From assembly GCF_964204645.1 (NCBI RefSeq), contig NC_134032.1:16046275-16110274 (forward strand): a stretch of 64,000 nucleotides of DNA. Direction: 5' to 3'. Source of the DNA: Tubulanus polymorphus (lineage: Eukaryota > Animalia > Nemertea). The notes under the pieces were generated by a model, which was not told the DNA's origin, searched no databases, and saw only the letters and a list, made by a program, of their open reading frames with translations. Positions 26,086 through 38,644 of the stretch are shown piece after piece (position 1 is the first letter of the stretch; each line of letters starts with the position of its first letter). A program made the translations under genes and the position numbers.

Positions 26086-27283
26086 CTCGATGATAGAGAG
26101 CGTCTAAGTCTATAATTTCACGCAGAGTCGCGACTGTGTCGTTAAACGTCACCGTTTGCGAGATGAATTAATCGATGACGGCGCAGACGATAAAATATTT
26201 CTTATGTTCGCGAGAAGAATAAAAAAAGGAAAAACGTCAGAAAATATCAGCGAAAATGATTGATGCTCGAATAACCACAATACCATACGACGACTTCCGG
26301 TGGCTGCCGCGCGCGGCGGTGAATACTAAATTGTTAATCGAAGCAGATGAAACGCCGAAGCGATATTAAATGCGTTTGATGAATGGGGCAGATCGAAATG
26401 GTTGATAAATTCATGGACTTTAATAGTTTAGCGCTGATTATTGATGATTATTGAAAATCTGGATCTATAGCAGTCGGGATTAACGTAAGACTAGTTTAAA
26501 CAAATCTGGTTTAAAATAATGATACCAAATTATCTGATTTATTTAATTGTAGTGGTTCGTTCCTACAAGTATTGAAAATAAACTAGAAATCTTTGAGAAG
26601 TTGAGCTCTTAGAAACTACTCACAAATAGTAGTCCTAGTCAGTATATTCAAAGCTGGGTTTCGGCCCCGGCCTAGTAAAGTCTAGTAATGAAAAACTGCC
26701 AATGAAGAGTGGACAGCGTCAAAAACCTTCTGCTTTCACTGGACGAGTTTTATTCGTCGTGTGACTGATAGAGAAACATATTGATGCAATTTTAATGAAA
26801 TATCATAAAGTCGTTCTGCGCGCTAATCCTTGAACTAAATCCCTTACCGAAATCCTTGACACGAAATCATGAAAATCGTTGCAGTAATTGGTCGTTAAAA
26901 ATCTATTCAAACATTTCAAACTCACGTGAGTAATTTGTTGCCGTTTACGAGATACTCAAATATTCTAAACGAAACCTTTTTAACTAATGAGCTCAAACTT
27001 TCATTCCATATATTCTTAGGCAAAATGTGTTTCAACTAACATAAAAATATGTGTGAAATATCGGCCAACATAGAAATGAATATAGACTATTCGCATTCAT
27101 TAACACAATTACACTGGAAATTTCAAAATGGATACTAAAGAAATTGGTGTTGAATGTTCTCTGGTCGTAGGCTAAACTAAAATAGGGGATACACAATCGT
27201 GAGAATAAAAATAAAGGGTTTTCTTCGAAAAAGCAGAAAGTCTTGAAAATCAGATCGGATATGGAAGATGATAATCAACTTAC

Positions 27284-27729
27284 CCTTGTGTGCAGCGATT
27301 CTTTTTCGTCCTGGCTGAACAAACCAAAACTATTCCGTCTGGCGAAACTAAACAGCGCTGCTTTCGCTGATTGTCTTTGTCCGGCAAAACCATTCTGTTG
27401 AGGTCTATCTGCAGCGCCACCACCGGCACCAGTCCCTGTCCCAGCTCCACCACCGGCACTAGGTGTCGCTGTTTCCAAATCCGACGGTTCACGCACGCGT
27501 TTTTGAAATCCAAAAATGGTGGGCGTTGGTGTTTTTGTCGACGTGGCAACCACCGGTGAGTCGGTGCCCGGTCCGGTGCCCGAGCCAGCGTCCGGGCCGG
27601 TTGCAACCGGATTCGGTCCATTTTTTGCCGACGCTGTCGTGCAAAATATAGCGTCTAGTTTTTCTTGATTACGAATGATTTCGTCAGTTTTTCTCCGCAA
27701 ATTTGTCGATGATGAGTTAACGGAGTTCG

Positions 27730-27768
<39 letters not shown>

Positions 27769-27973
27769 GCTGCTGTTCGTCTGAGGCGGATATCGAGCCC
27801 GATGAACTACGATCATCTATTTCGGTCTCGTCAGTGTTATTTTCGCTGCTATCCAGCGCGACACAGTCCGTACCGCCACCGCCGCCGCTAATACTGGTGG
27901 CGCCCCCACCGTAGTTAGGGTATCGTTCATCCGGGTATATCCGCGTTATGCAAGGCCGTCGAAACAACGATCG
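27284..27973 (-). CDS. Large internal coding exon (230 codons) of an uncharacterised, disordered S/G/T/Q-rich protein
   Basis: Acceptor TTTGTTTTCCAG, donor AGG|GTAAGT, 690 nt open and in phase 0; GC-rich relative to flanks; polyQ and an RRNS PKA-type site. Confidence 0.65.
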
Positions 27974-28927
27974 CTGGAAAACAAAGCGACAATAAAAACT
28001 ATAATTGACACTAACAGCGAGATAGCGACGGTGCTTCCTCCACCCTCTCAAACTCGATACGTCCGATAGAAACAGTTCTGAGCGAATAATGTGTCTATCA
28101 CAGGGCGGGGTATGATATAACCGATCGCCGATAACCAATGGTTTATCTCAATATTTCATTTCAAAACCTCAATTTCAAGTATATCCCGAAATAACGATCG
28201 TGACCTGAGATCTCAATATCGTATATCGTTCGAATTAACGGTAACGCTATCAATAATTTTGAGATAATAGATGATATTCTCCAGCATCAGGCGCGGTCCG
28301 GTTCACGGTCTGTTACTACCGGGAACGCTGGCGTTAAACAGAATGTCAAAGTTCCTCCGTCTCCTGTTCGAACGCGTGTGGTGAACGCAACGCGAGTAAC
28401 GACGTCGGCGACGTTACTGCTTTTACGTTACGTTATTAAAGTATTTATGATCGATTCTCAATCGGACGCCGTTTCCTTAGTAACGCGTGAGAACCCCGAA
28501 AAAAGATCGGGTACTTTTGATTGTCGCCCGTATTATCCGCTAGATGGCGGAAGATGCACCTGTAACGTTTTAGACGACGAACTACATTTCATTTTTAAAA
28601 CTGTAAATTATTTACCGTATTCCGCGAAAGCTACCTAAATTCAAATACCTTTCGGAATCTTGATGTTTTAATAAATCAAACTTTTAAACTGGCTAAATTT
28701 ATCAAATTAGGTCTAGATGTATATAGATCCCTCCGGTAGTGTGTGTAAATAGTATGCTATAAATAACGTTTGTTATGTTTCAAAGTGTTTTTATCGACTG
28801 TTTTTGTAAATAATTGTAAATACTGTTTTTTCCTCCATGTACCATGTGAATGGTTGGAGTGTAATAAATATTCGTATTCGTATTCGCTGGTAAGGATGTC
28901 GTACAGGCGTTTAACACAATTGAATTA

Positions 28928-29022
28928 TCCTCGCTTGCCAGTGAGGTGTTCGTGAAGGTGTATCCGCGCTTACCGGTGCGAAACCAGCACGGGTTCAACA
29001 AACCAACCCTGGCAAGCGAGGA
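28928..29022. mobile_element. ~95-bp element with TCCTCGCTTGCCAG terminal inverted repeats
   Basis: TCCTCGCTTGCCAG ... CTGGCAAGCGAGGA; same TIR at 31669-31771 and a lone end at ~2887. Confidence 0.6.
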
Positions 29023-29809
29023 CGCAGATTGGAGGAGAGTCGAAGTGGGATTCGACCCTGCCGGAGACTAGTGTAACGCGCGATACCTCTGTCCAGCGAT
29101 GCCACAGTCCCAGCTGTTCCTGAGTACTCGATCCTCACGATGCTGTTTGAAACACTTTCAACCAAATTCATCTTATGGTTAGATTTATAAATTTAGACCC
29201 CTCTAGTATTTTTCATCCATTACTCCGAGATTTTTGGACCGCGAGACTACTTGGTTATAATGTATGAAGGAACCGAGTTCTTTCTCTTGGTCACGTGTAT
29301 CTGATGACATGTGTCGCAGGGATGCCCTCTTGCACCCATCGCTGGTATGACAGTTCTCAGCCTGGTAACCTCTTCTCAGGAGCAAACTTTTTCGGAAGTC
29401 TTTTCGATCGGTTTTTTATTCACGATTATTTCGTAGGGCACGGGCTAGGGCCCACTCGTCACGTGTATTCCTGAAGGCCTTGTGAGACAAGGTGCACTCT
29501 TCGGGCAGGTTTAGACCCCTAGAGTTCTTAATTATAGAATGTTTTTAGTTGTAAGTGTTAATGCAGTTCAGATTGTTAATACATGTGGCGCGGAATACGT
29601 TAATAATGTTGTATCCGTTGTAGATTTCTATCAGACACGTGATGTCAAAAGCACGCTCCGAGTAGCAACTTCTGTGTGAAAAACAAGGTGGACACATCGC
29701 CGGTAGTTTTTGGAATTTATACGCATTCAATATCCTTTGGGGTAGGCGACCGGGTATATACACTCAAAATCAGCAAAGGACTCCCACCGCAGGATAATCT
29801 AAAGCCTAT

Positions 29810-30280
29810 GGTGCACACCTTTGCGATTGATAGTATGATCGCTTCATCGTATGATCGCTTCATCGCATGATCGCTTCATCGTATGATCGCTTCATCGTAT
29901 GATCGCTTCATCGTATGATCGCTTCATCGCATGATCGCTTCATCGTATGATCGCTTCATCGTATGATCGCTTCATCGTATGATCGCTTCATCGTATGATC
30001 GCTTCATCGCATGATCGCTTCATCGTATGATCGCTTCATCGTATGATCGCTTCATCGTATGATCGCTTCATCGCATGATCGCTTCATCGTATGATCGCTT
30101 CATCGTTAAGGTATGCGGTCTAGCATCCGGAGCCGATTTCATCGCAACAAATCAAACATGTTCGATATTTTCGCATGCGATTTTTTACCGTGCGATAAAA
30201 ATGGCAAAGGTGTGCGGCGATGATGCAATTTTCAGCGTGTCAGAATTGTATCTGACCCGTTGATCGCAAAGGTGTGCGCC
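29810..30280. mobile_element. Non-autonomous TIR element carrying a 16-bp internal minisatellite
   Basis: GGTGCACACCTTTGCGAT / ATCGCAAAGGTGTGCGCC (1 mismatch); ATGATCGCTTCATCGT about 17 times at 29835-30106. Confidence 0.65.
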
Positions 30281-31415
30281 CGAGGACAGAGGAGTACAGA
30301 GGGTACGGATGTTTTCGTGAAAAGGCGCATGAGAGTTCCCAGTCACGTTCCCGGAGGTCATAATGCAAAGCAGAGTACATTTAGTTGTATAATTCCTAAT
30401 TAACTGTGAATCATTGCCCCAATTATCACGAGAGTAAACTTTCTGGAAGTGTTAATATTTCAAATTGATGCCGGAATATTGTTTAATTCAGTAGGATTCA
30501 GTAGATTTGTTAAATATGTTTGAGACACGTGAAAATATTCCACGTTTTTCAATACTCACTGACTACAGAGCGCAGGGTCGGCACAAAAACTGATCAGAAG
30601 ATGGGGCCCTACCACAGAAAATCTATACAGTAAATAAGGCATGATTTGATTGGTCCCTACTTCTGGATTCCGGAATTCTCTTCTGGCGCGTATTGTTGCG
30701 ACCAGATCGACCTATTCGGGAATAATGTATTATGTATGTAGTTTAGACCTCACAGGCGGTCGGTAGAAAGTAGGTTAAAATTACACCTCAAGCGCAATAC
30801 ACAAACGTTCATTTTTTATTATCTAGAGTTTTAATGTTTTCAGATTTAAGTCGAGTTAAGAAAAATTTAATCCCAACACATGACCTAAAAAAAAGTTCTT
30901 GTTTTCCGATCCTTTCTGGCCGCGGACTTCAGAGTTACATGGCCCTAAAACAGGACGGTATGACGCAGCCCGTGAGTATAGTGATTGCCTATTCGATCAG
31001 ATCGATATTCGATCGATGATTGTATTGATTTGGTTTAAAGGTCGTTTGGTGAAGCAGTAATCATTGAATGAACCGCATATATATCCACACGACTCTCTCA
31101 CTGTCTGCGCACCACCGAGCTCTCTCTCTGCGGGGCGCTGATCATTTTTCTTTAAGTGAATTGGATTCTAGATTGTGTGTGTGTCGATCGAATAGGCGGC
31201 CGCCTGTGCGATTATATTGCGTGCTCTGATTTGATTGACTGATGCAATTTATATAGCGTCAAACGCCGTAGTGAGTCGTTTAAATCATCATTAATAGATT
31301 AGTGTTCGACTTCGGTCGGTGACCCAGAAAAACGCGTCCATCACCAGACGACTCCCTCGTGATGCTGCTGCTGCGCGGCATCATGTTGCGCTACGGTATC
31401 AAAAACGAGCACCTG

Positions 31416-31553
31416 GGGTCGGTTGCATAGTCATGGCTTAGACTTAAGACCAGTCTAAGACCAACTTAGTTCTATAGCCAATCTAACAACTTAGAACCAG
31501 TCTTAAGATTTAAGACCACTTTTTGACTTAAGTCACGACTGTGCAACTGGCCC
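31416..31553. mobile_element. MITE family A copy with CTG target duplication
   Basis: CTG-GGGTCGGTTGCATAGTC ... GACTGTGCAACTGGCCC-CTG. Confidence 0.85.
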
Positions 31554-31668
31554 CTGGTTTTTAGAGCATCCATCGGTGACCTCCACATTGCTGGGAAGGT
31601 CAAAGTCTCATTAGCTCACGTGACAGCCCAGTCACACGTCGAAAATGATTCGTACCGATCCCAACAAA

Positions 31669-31771
31669 CCTCGCTTGCCAGGGGGTAGGGGATGGTGGGT
31701 GGATTGTAACTATTTACAATTTCCCGTCAAAGTTCACGTCCTCGCCTCAAACCCGGCCCTGGCAAGCGAGG
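31669..31771. mobile_element. ~103-bp element with perfect 15-bp TIR CCTCGCTTGCCAGGG
   Basis: 31669-31683 vs 31757-31771. Confidence 0.65.
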
Positions 31772-31957
31772 ACAGACTCGCGAGTTCCTGTGCGCGTGAC
31801 TGGATTGTCACGAGGGCCGCTGCTCATAGCACTTCCGGAAAATGGTCACGTGATCGTCAGTCGCGAGCTACCGCACACGTAGAGCCACGTGACTGTAGAC
31901 AAAACGGCGTGGAATTAGAAATCGTTATCGGATTGTTTCGTATTGATTTTTACTCAC

Positions 31958-31978
31958 CGGACTGTTTGTGTTTTCCAT
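31958..31978 (-). CDS. Candidate start-codon exon (MENTNSP) of the uncharacterised minus-strand gene
   Basis: ATG at 31978, donor CCG|GTGAGT, phase-0 join to exon 27973; upstream acceptor TTTTTAAG ~32047 and probable non-coding first exon ending at donor GAG|GTAAGT ~36003. Confidence 0.4.
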
Positions 31979-33793
31979 TTAGTTAATTCCATGTTCGACG
32001 TATAGGGAATGTATGCGGTCGTATCGAGTCCTCACCAGCCTCACCTTAAAAACACCACCGCAAAAAAATAATTCATATAACCAGCTCTTGGGACCCGGGG
32101 GTTTCAACTGAGTGAGGAGGTGGCTGGTCTGAACGCGTTAACCAGCGGAACCAGGTTCAAATCAATACCATACTCAAATACTGGGTACCGTGGTGATTGA
32201 GTCAGTCGACTTGTCGATACAACGTTAATCTAAGTCCCGTAGAACCTACACAACACTGTGGAAAACCTGGTCCAGACACCTACACTGTGGAGAACCTGGT
32301 CCAAACACCCGCACTGTGGAAAACCTGGTCCAGACACCTATACTGTGGAATATGTGGAACTGGGTTCTCTGAGTCAGATTAAGCGCCTACAACACAACAC
32401 AGAGCTCTGTGGTTCCACCGCCGATCACTCTGTTTGTAATATCTCATCATCGAAATTCAGTAAATCCATTCATTGAATTTTTTTCCGCAAAATAAAATAA
32501 TTGATTATTTGAATAACGTCGTTTAACGGTTTTCTCACTGTTTAGTATCGGGAGGGCCGCGCACTCAGAGGTACAGGTGCTAGAGTAAGAGAGAGGGGGA
32601 GAGTATCGCGATGTATTAATTAAGTTTTAATTAGCTACGATTATTGATTGTGACTCGCGCGCTCTCGCATCGCAATAGGTGAATACAACTAGAAGCATGA
32701 CTTTCAATAATTGATGAATTGTATTGATAAACGACCGACACTGAGTAATTAAATCATGCAGTTCTGACACCCATCCAGATACACTGCGTCGTATCAACAC
32801 TATCACTCCGCTGGGTGCAGTGCGAGCGACTACCTGTTGCACCGCCACCATTAATCACCACTATGACGTCATCACTGATGTTATATAGTTTGAAGTGACA
32901 TCATAAGATTCCCTATAATTGATATTTACCCTTCCGGAAACTTCTCTGTAAAATCCTCATATGACATCACAAAATTGCCTCTGGATCCTCCGAGCACGGG
33001 TACCGTAAATCCCCCTATGACATCATCAGATTCCATATTGAGACCCTTCCATTAAGATGGCCGCCTCCATAAAATCACTATGGCATCATTAATCACCATG
33101 GCGCCCGCGCGATACAATACATTTATTTAATTTTAAAGTTAATCTATTTATTATTATGCAAATTTATGACGTCATCAATATGGTGGATACGGGTAATTGA
33201 TTTATTATGGAGAACGGTGGCCATTATGGATTCCTTTCCGTGTCAGACAGGTAGACGGGTCTGATATACTCATACACCTAACACTATAATCGGCGACCCT
33301 ACCCCTAACACTTCTATCGGTGGCCCTACACCTAACATTTCTATCAGCGGCCCTACACCTAACATTACTATCGGCCCTACACCTAACATTTCTATCGGTG
33401 GCCCTACCCCTAACATTTCTATCGGCCCTACCCCTAACATTACTATTTCAGTTTCAGTTTACCTTATTTACGCCACAAGTAGTTATGATAACATTGCGCA
33501 GAGCACACAAAAAATAACACAGAAATTAAAGCATATTGCTACACCTACGATTTGCCCAGCACTACCTGCCCTTGTTTCTATTGATCGAATATATCAGTAG
33601 GATCGAATACGTTTGAGGATATGTGTTGTTTTGTCCTCACGATGAAGTGGAAATTTGAAACCTCGGAAAAACGAAAATACAATTGCCTTTATTTTCCACT
33701 CCGCGCTACAACAGTCGATATAGACACGAGTGCCGTTAAATATGACACCCTCCCCCTCTCCTCCCCTCCCCTCCCCCTACCCCCTCTCCCCTG

Positions 33794-33945
<152 letters not shown>

Positions 33946-34443
33946 CTCTTCACTTGAAAAATGAATATTTGATTAAGAATGCGCGCCACTGCTAACAGTT
34001 GTGTTTAAAGTAAAAACGTTTGAATTGCTCTCAGTCAAACCCTGCAGCGGCAGCGGTGGAGTAGCGTTGATTATTAATATCATACGTTTACGTTATTGAC
34101 GTTATATAAACGATACGTTACAGCCGTTGTAGCGTTACAATTATTGTGACGTCATCGTCACCGACCGTTTAAAAACGTGGGTCATAGTTAAAGTAACGTG
34201 ACTGGGGTCGAACCCGGGTGATCCGTATCGGCCGCCGCCTTCATTCACCTCTTATGACATCATCGAATTGTCTAGTGACCTCATAACGGTGATTCCATTT
34301 TAGATCGTTGTTTTGGAGAGTAGCGATAGTGATGTCATAGGGGGATTTCAAAGAATAACAAAAATGTTCAACTCTTCAAAAACGGGAGTATATTACGACG
34401 TAACTATATGATATCCGAAGGAAGGAACCGTTCTGACGGAGAG

Positions 34444-35030
34444 ACCAGCAGCAGCAGCAGCAGCACCAGCAACAGCAGCAGCAGCAGCAGCAGCAGCTGC
34501 TGCAGTAACAGCACCACCAATATTAGCACCAGCTGCACCACCGCCAATAGCACCAGTAGCACCACCACCACCACCAATAGCACCACCACCACCACCACCA
34601 CCACCAGTAGCACTCTACCAGTAGCACCACCACCAGTAGCACCACCACCAGTAGCACCACTACCAGTAGCACCACTACCACCACCAATAGCACCACCACC
34701 AAAAGCACCACCACCACCACCACCACCACCACCACCACCAGTAGCACTCTACCAGTAGCACCACCACCAGTAGCACCACTACCACCACCAATAGCACCAC
34801 CACCACCACCACCACCACCACCAGTACCACTCTACCAGTAGCACCACCACCAGTAGCACCACTACCACCACCAATAGCACCACCACCAATAGCACCACCA
34901 CCAATAGCACCACCACCAATAGCACCACCACCACCACCACCAACACCACCAGTAGCACCACTACCAGTAGCACCACCACCAGTAGCACCACCACCAGTAG
35001 CACCACCACCACCACCGCCACCAGTAGTAC
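34444..35030. repeat. Cryptic triplet repeat (CAG/CAC/CCA/TAG)
   Basis: Direct inspection; gives spurious polyP/V/W ORFs. Confidence 0.9.
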
Positions 35031-35289
35031 GCATCACCTTTAGAGAGAGTTTAATACTGGTTATCACGTTTTTCACGTTTGAAACTATGAGCGGGAAACT
35101 GTATCCGGTATTCTGAACCAAAATTAGAATATTTCCCTCAATTGTCACTTATTAAGAAACGCGCTAAAAGAATCATTTACTATTTGTTTATTGTGGTAAC
35201 GGTAAATTTGTTGCTATGGCGAATAAACTTATTATCGAACATCTACATAACAGAGTGGTGACCTCAAAATGACACTTCAGCATTTCTGA

Positions 35290-35910
35290 AACCAGTTCCA
35301 CATTTCTGGACTCAGTTCCACAGTTCTAGACTCAGATCCACAGTTCTGGACTCAGTTCCACAGTTCTGGATCCAGTTCCACAGTTCTGGACTCAGTTACA
35401 CAGTTCTGGGCTCAGATCCACAGTTCTGGACTCAGATCCACAGTTCTGGACTCAGTTACACAGTTCTGGGCTCAGTTCCACAGTTCTGGAATCAGTTCCA
35501 CGATTCTGGACTCAGTTCCACAGTTCTGGACTCAGATCCACAGTTCTGGACTCAGATCCACAGTTCTGGAATCAGTTCCACAGTTCTGGACTCAGTTACA
35601 CAGTTCTGGGCTCAGTTCCACAGTTCTGGACTCAGATCCACAGTTCTGGACTCAGTTCCACAGTTCTGGACTCAGTTACACAGTTCTGGACTCAGTTCCA
35701 CAGTTCTGGACTCAGTTCCACAGTTCTGGACTCAGTTCCACAGTTCTGGACTCAGTTCCACAGTTCTGGACTCAGTTCCACAGTTCTGGGCTCAGTTCCA
35801 CAGTTCTAGAATCAGTTACACAGTTCTGGACTCAGTTACACAGTTCTGGACTCAGTTCCACAGTTCTGAACTCAGTTCCAAACTTCTGGACTCAGTTCCA
35901 CAGTTCTGCA
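35290..35910. repeat. 20-bp satellite (C[CT]CAGTTCCACAGTTCTGGA), MITE-B terminus derived
   Basis: About 31 copies; related arrays at 36441-36700, 55020-55122, 58491-59175. Confidence 0.95.
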
Positions 35911-36440
35911 TTCAGTCGTGATTTAAGAATTGACCGAAAGGTTACCTAATCGAAAAACGGACTAATTTCAACCAATTTTATTTGATATCTAAAGCCACTT
36001 ACCTCTCCACGAATTCGGTCCGGTCGAATATGTTTCCGAAAGTATTTTCCACTACCGAGGAATGAGGAGTGTTGCGCGGCCGCGAAGCCTCGCTTTTATC
36101 AATCAGATGTAACAGCGGAAAGTAAAACTGTGATTGGTGAAAACACAACAACCAGAGTCCATATATACTGCGAGTCCCATTCACCCGATTTTAGTGATAT
36201 CTAGACCCGTTAAATAGTTTGATGAAGAGGTATCCGAAGTGGTCGACTGACTGCCTCTCACTCGGGCTGGTAGTTACAGTCTCGTGTTGTCGTTCTCTCT
36301 CTCTCGCTCTCTGTATATAATTAAGTGTTGTGTGTATTCGTTTATTATTGATTGAATGGGATTTTAATTTCGCGCGGGAGCATCCGCAAAAATTACACGC
36401 TAGCGAATTGATATATCAGACTTAAATAGTTCCCCAAAAT

Positions 36441-36700
36441 CCAGTTCCACAGTTCTGGAGCAAGTTCCACAGTTTTGAACCCAGTTCCACAGTTCTGAAC
36501 CCAGTTCCACAGTTCTGAACCCAGGCTCACAGTTCTGAACCCAGTTCCACAGTTCTGAACCCAGTTCCACAGTTATGAACCCAGGCCCACAATTCTGAAC
36601 CCAGGCCCACAGTTCTGAACCCAGGCCCACAGTTCTGAACCCAGGCCCACTGTTCTGAACCCAAGCCCACAGTTCTGAACCCAGTTCCGCAGTTCTGGGT
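36441..36700. repeat. 20-bp satellite variant (CCCAGTTCCACAGTTCTGAA)
   Basis: About 13 copies. Confidence 0.9.
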
Positions 36701-37582
36701 TCACAATGTTGTCAGTTAAGAGTTAATTCACTTCCTCCAATATTAACATAGATTTAACGTAACTGCATGGATGCAGTAATTAAGCCGTTTTAATTGTCGT
36801 TTTAATTGTTGTCAACGGTGACGACGTGACACGAGGCTGGAAAACATCAATCAACAAACAACGTGAACTCTGATTGGTTTCTGATTGTTGGGGACATTTT
36901 GACAGATCGAAATTCACAAACACCGATTTTTAACAACGACAAACTAATTAACAAAATTTTCGTAATTTCCAATCAACGATTCTCTAATTGAAAATATTAC
37001 TAATAAATTATTTGAAATAGATTATTTTGAAGGAAAACGTATTGTACGCAATTACAAAGATTGGAAATAAACGAATTAAAATGTAGGGTCAAATTTGACC
37101 AATACAACGTTACTGTGGTGCCAGGTCCTTATAGGTCATCTATAGAACATAAACACTTCTAATTCGTGTTGTTAAGATGATATAAAATCCAATGATAAGA
37201 ATAGAAAATCGTTCTTATTGCTAACGAAAATTTTCTTTAAAAAGTAAAGTTTTAGAATGAGATTTAAAATTATCGACGTCATTTCAGTTCCGAAGAGGTG
37301 GATTTGTTCAATGATTGAGGACGAGAGCAGCGTGTTTTCAGAGGAATAAATATTTCACGAATAAACGAGTATCAGTTTAAGAGTAGTTTGATGTCAGAGC
37401 GGTGAATACTGCTCCACGCACAGCATTGTATTTACTCAGTATATAGATTGTAATATAAACACAGCGCGCTCTTGGTTTATCGGGGCCGGGCCTCGAAACC
37501 GTCACAGAAAAATCTAAAGAGAATCCTACAATAATAACGATAAAATGATATTAAGTCCGAAAATGGTTCCTTTAACTTAATT

Positions 37583-38400
37583 TAGTTTATTCAACGTTTC
37601 GACTATATCCTAATAGTCATCTTCAGGAATACTGTATTCCTTGAGCTAGTGTAGTTTATTCAACGTTTCGTCTTTATCCTAATAGTCATCTTCAGGAATA
37701 CTGTATTCCTTGAGCTAGTGTAGTTTATTCAACGTTTCGACTATATCCTAATAGTCATCTTCAGGAATACTGTATTCCTTGAGCTAGTGTAGTTTATTCA
37801 ACGTTTCGACTTTATCCTAATAGTCATCTTCAGGAATACTGCATTCCTTGAGCTAGAGTAGTTTATTCAACGTTTCTACTTTATCCTAATAGTCATCTTC
37901 AGGAATACTGTATTCCTTGAGCTAGTGTAGTTTATTCAACGTTTCGACTTTATCCTAATAGTCATCTTCAGGAATACTGTATTCCTTGAGCTAGTGTAGT
38001 TTATTCAACGTTTCGACTTTATCCTAATAGTCATCTTCAGGAATACTGTATTCCTTGAGCTAGTGTAGTTTATTCAACGTTTCGACTATATCCCAATAGT
38101 CATCTTTAGGAACACTGTATTCCTTGAGCTAGTGTAGTTTATTCAACGTTTCGACTTTATCCTAATAGTCATCTTCAGGAATACTGCATTCCTTGAGCTA
38201 GTGTAGTTTATTCAACGTTTCGACTATATCCGATAATATAGTCATCTTCAGGAATACTGTATTCCTTGAGCTAGTGTAGTTTATTCAACGTTTCGACTTT
38301 ATCCTAATAGTCATCTTCAGGAATACTGTATTCCTTGAGCTAGTGTAGTTTATTCAACGTTTCGACTTTATCCTAATAGTCATCTTCAGGAATACTGTAT
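37583..38400 (-). ncRNA. Tandem array (12 x 69 bp) of minimal type I hammerhead ribozymes (Penelope/retrozyme-like)
   Basis: Minus-strand unit: TATTC (stem I) - CTGAAGA - T - GACTAT taggat ATAGTC (stem II) - GAA - ACGT (palindromic stem III) - T - GAATA (stem I'). 12 cores, about 9 without an obvious disabling change. Confidence 0.75.
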
Positions 38401-38536
38401 TGTACCACTTGTACGTAAAAAAAAAACAAATCCATATGAAGTGTTGATGAATCTCAAACCCTTTGGCTTGAAAACCTGTTGCTTGAAAACCTGGACGCTA
38501 TGGGGTCCCTCTAAATATATCATCAATATCAAACTG

Positions 38537-38644
38537 GGTCCAGTTCCACAGTTGTGAGTTAAGATTTGACTCGGAGTTAACTCATTGAAAATGAACTAAT
38601 TTTAACTCAGAGTTAACTCTAACTCACAACTGTGGAACTGGATC
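38537..38644. mobile_element. MITE family B full copy (108 bp) with CTG duplication
   Basis: CTG-GGTCCAGTTCCACAGTTGTGAG ... CTCACAACTGTGGAACTGGATC-CTG. Confidence 0.85.

Noticed and set aside
34404-35148. Formin-like poly-Pro / poly-Thr ORFs
   Set aside because: Cryptic triplet repeat, open on both strands, frameshifted, no flanking domain or splice support.
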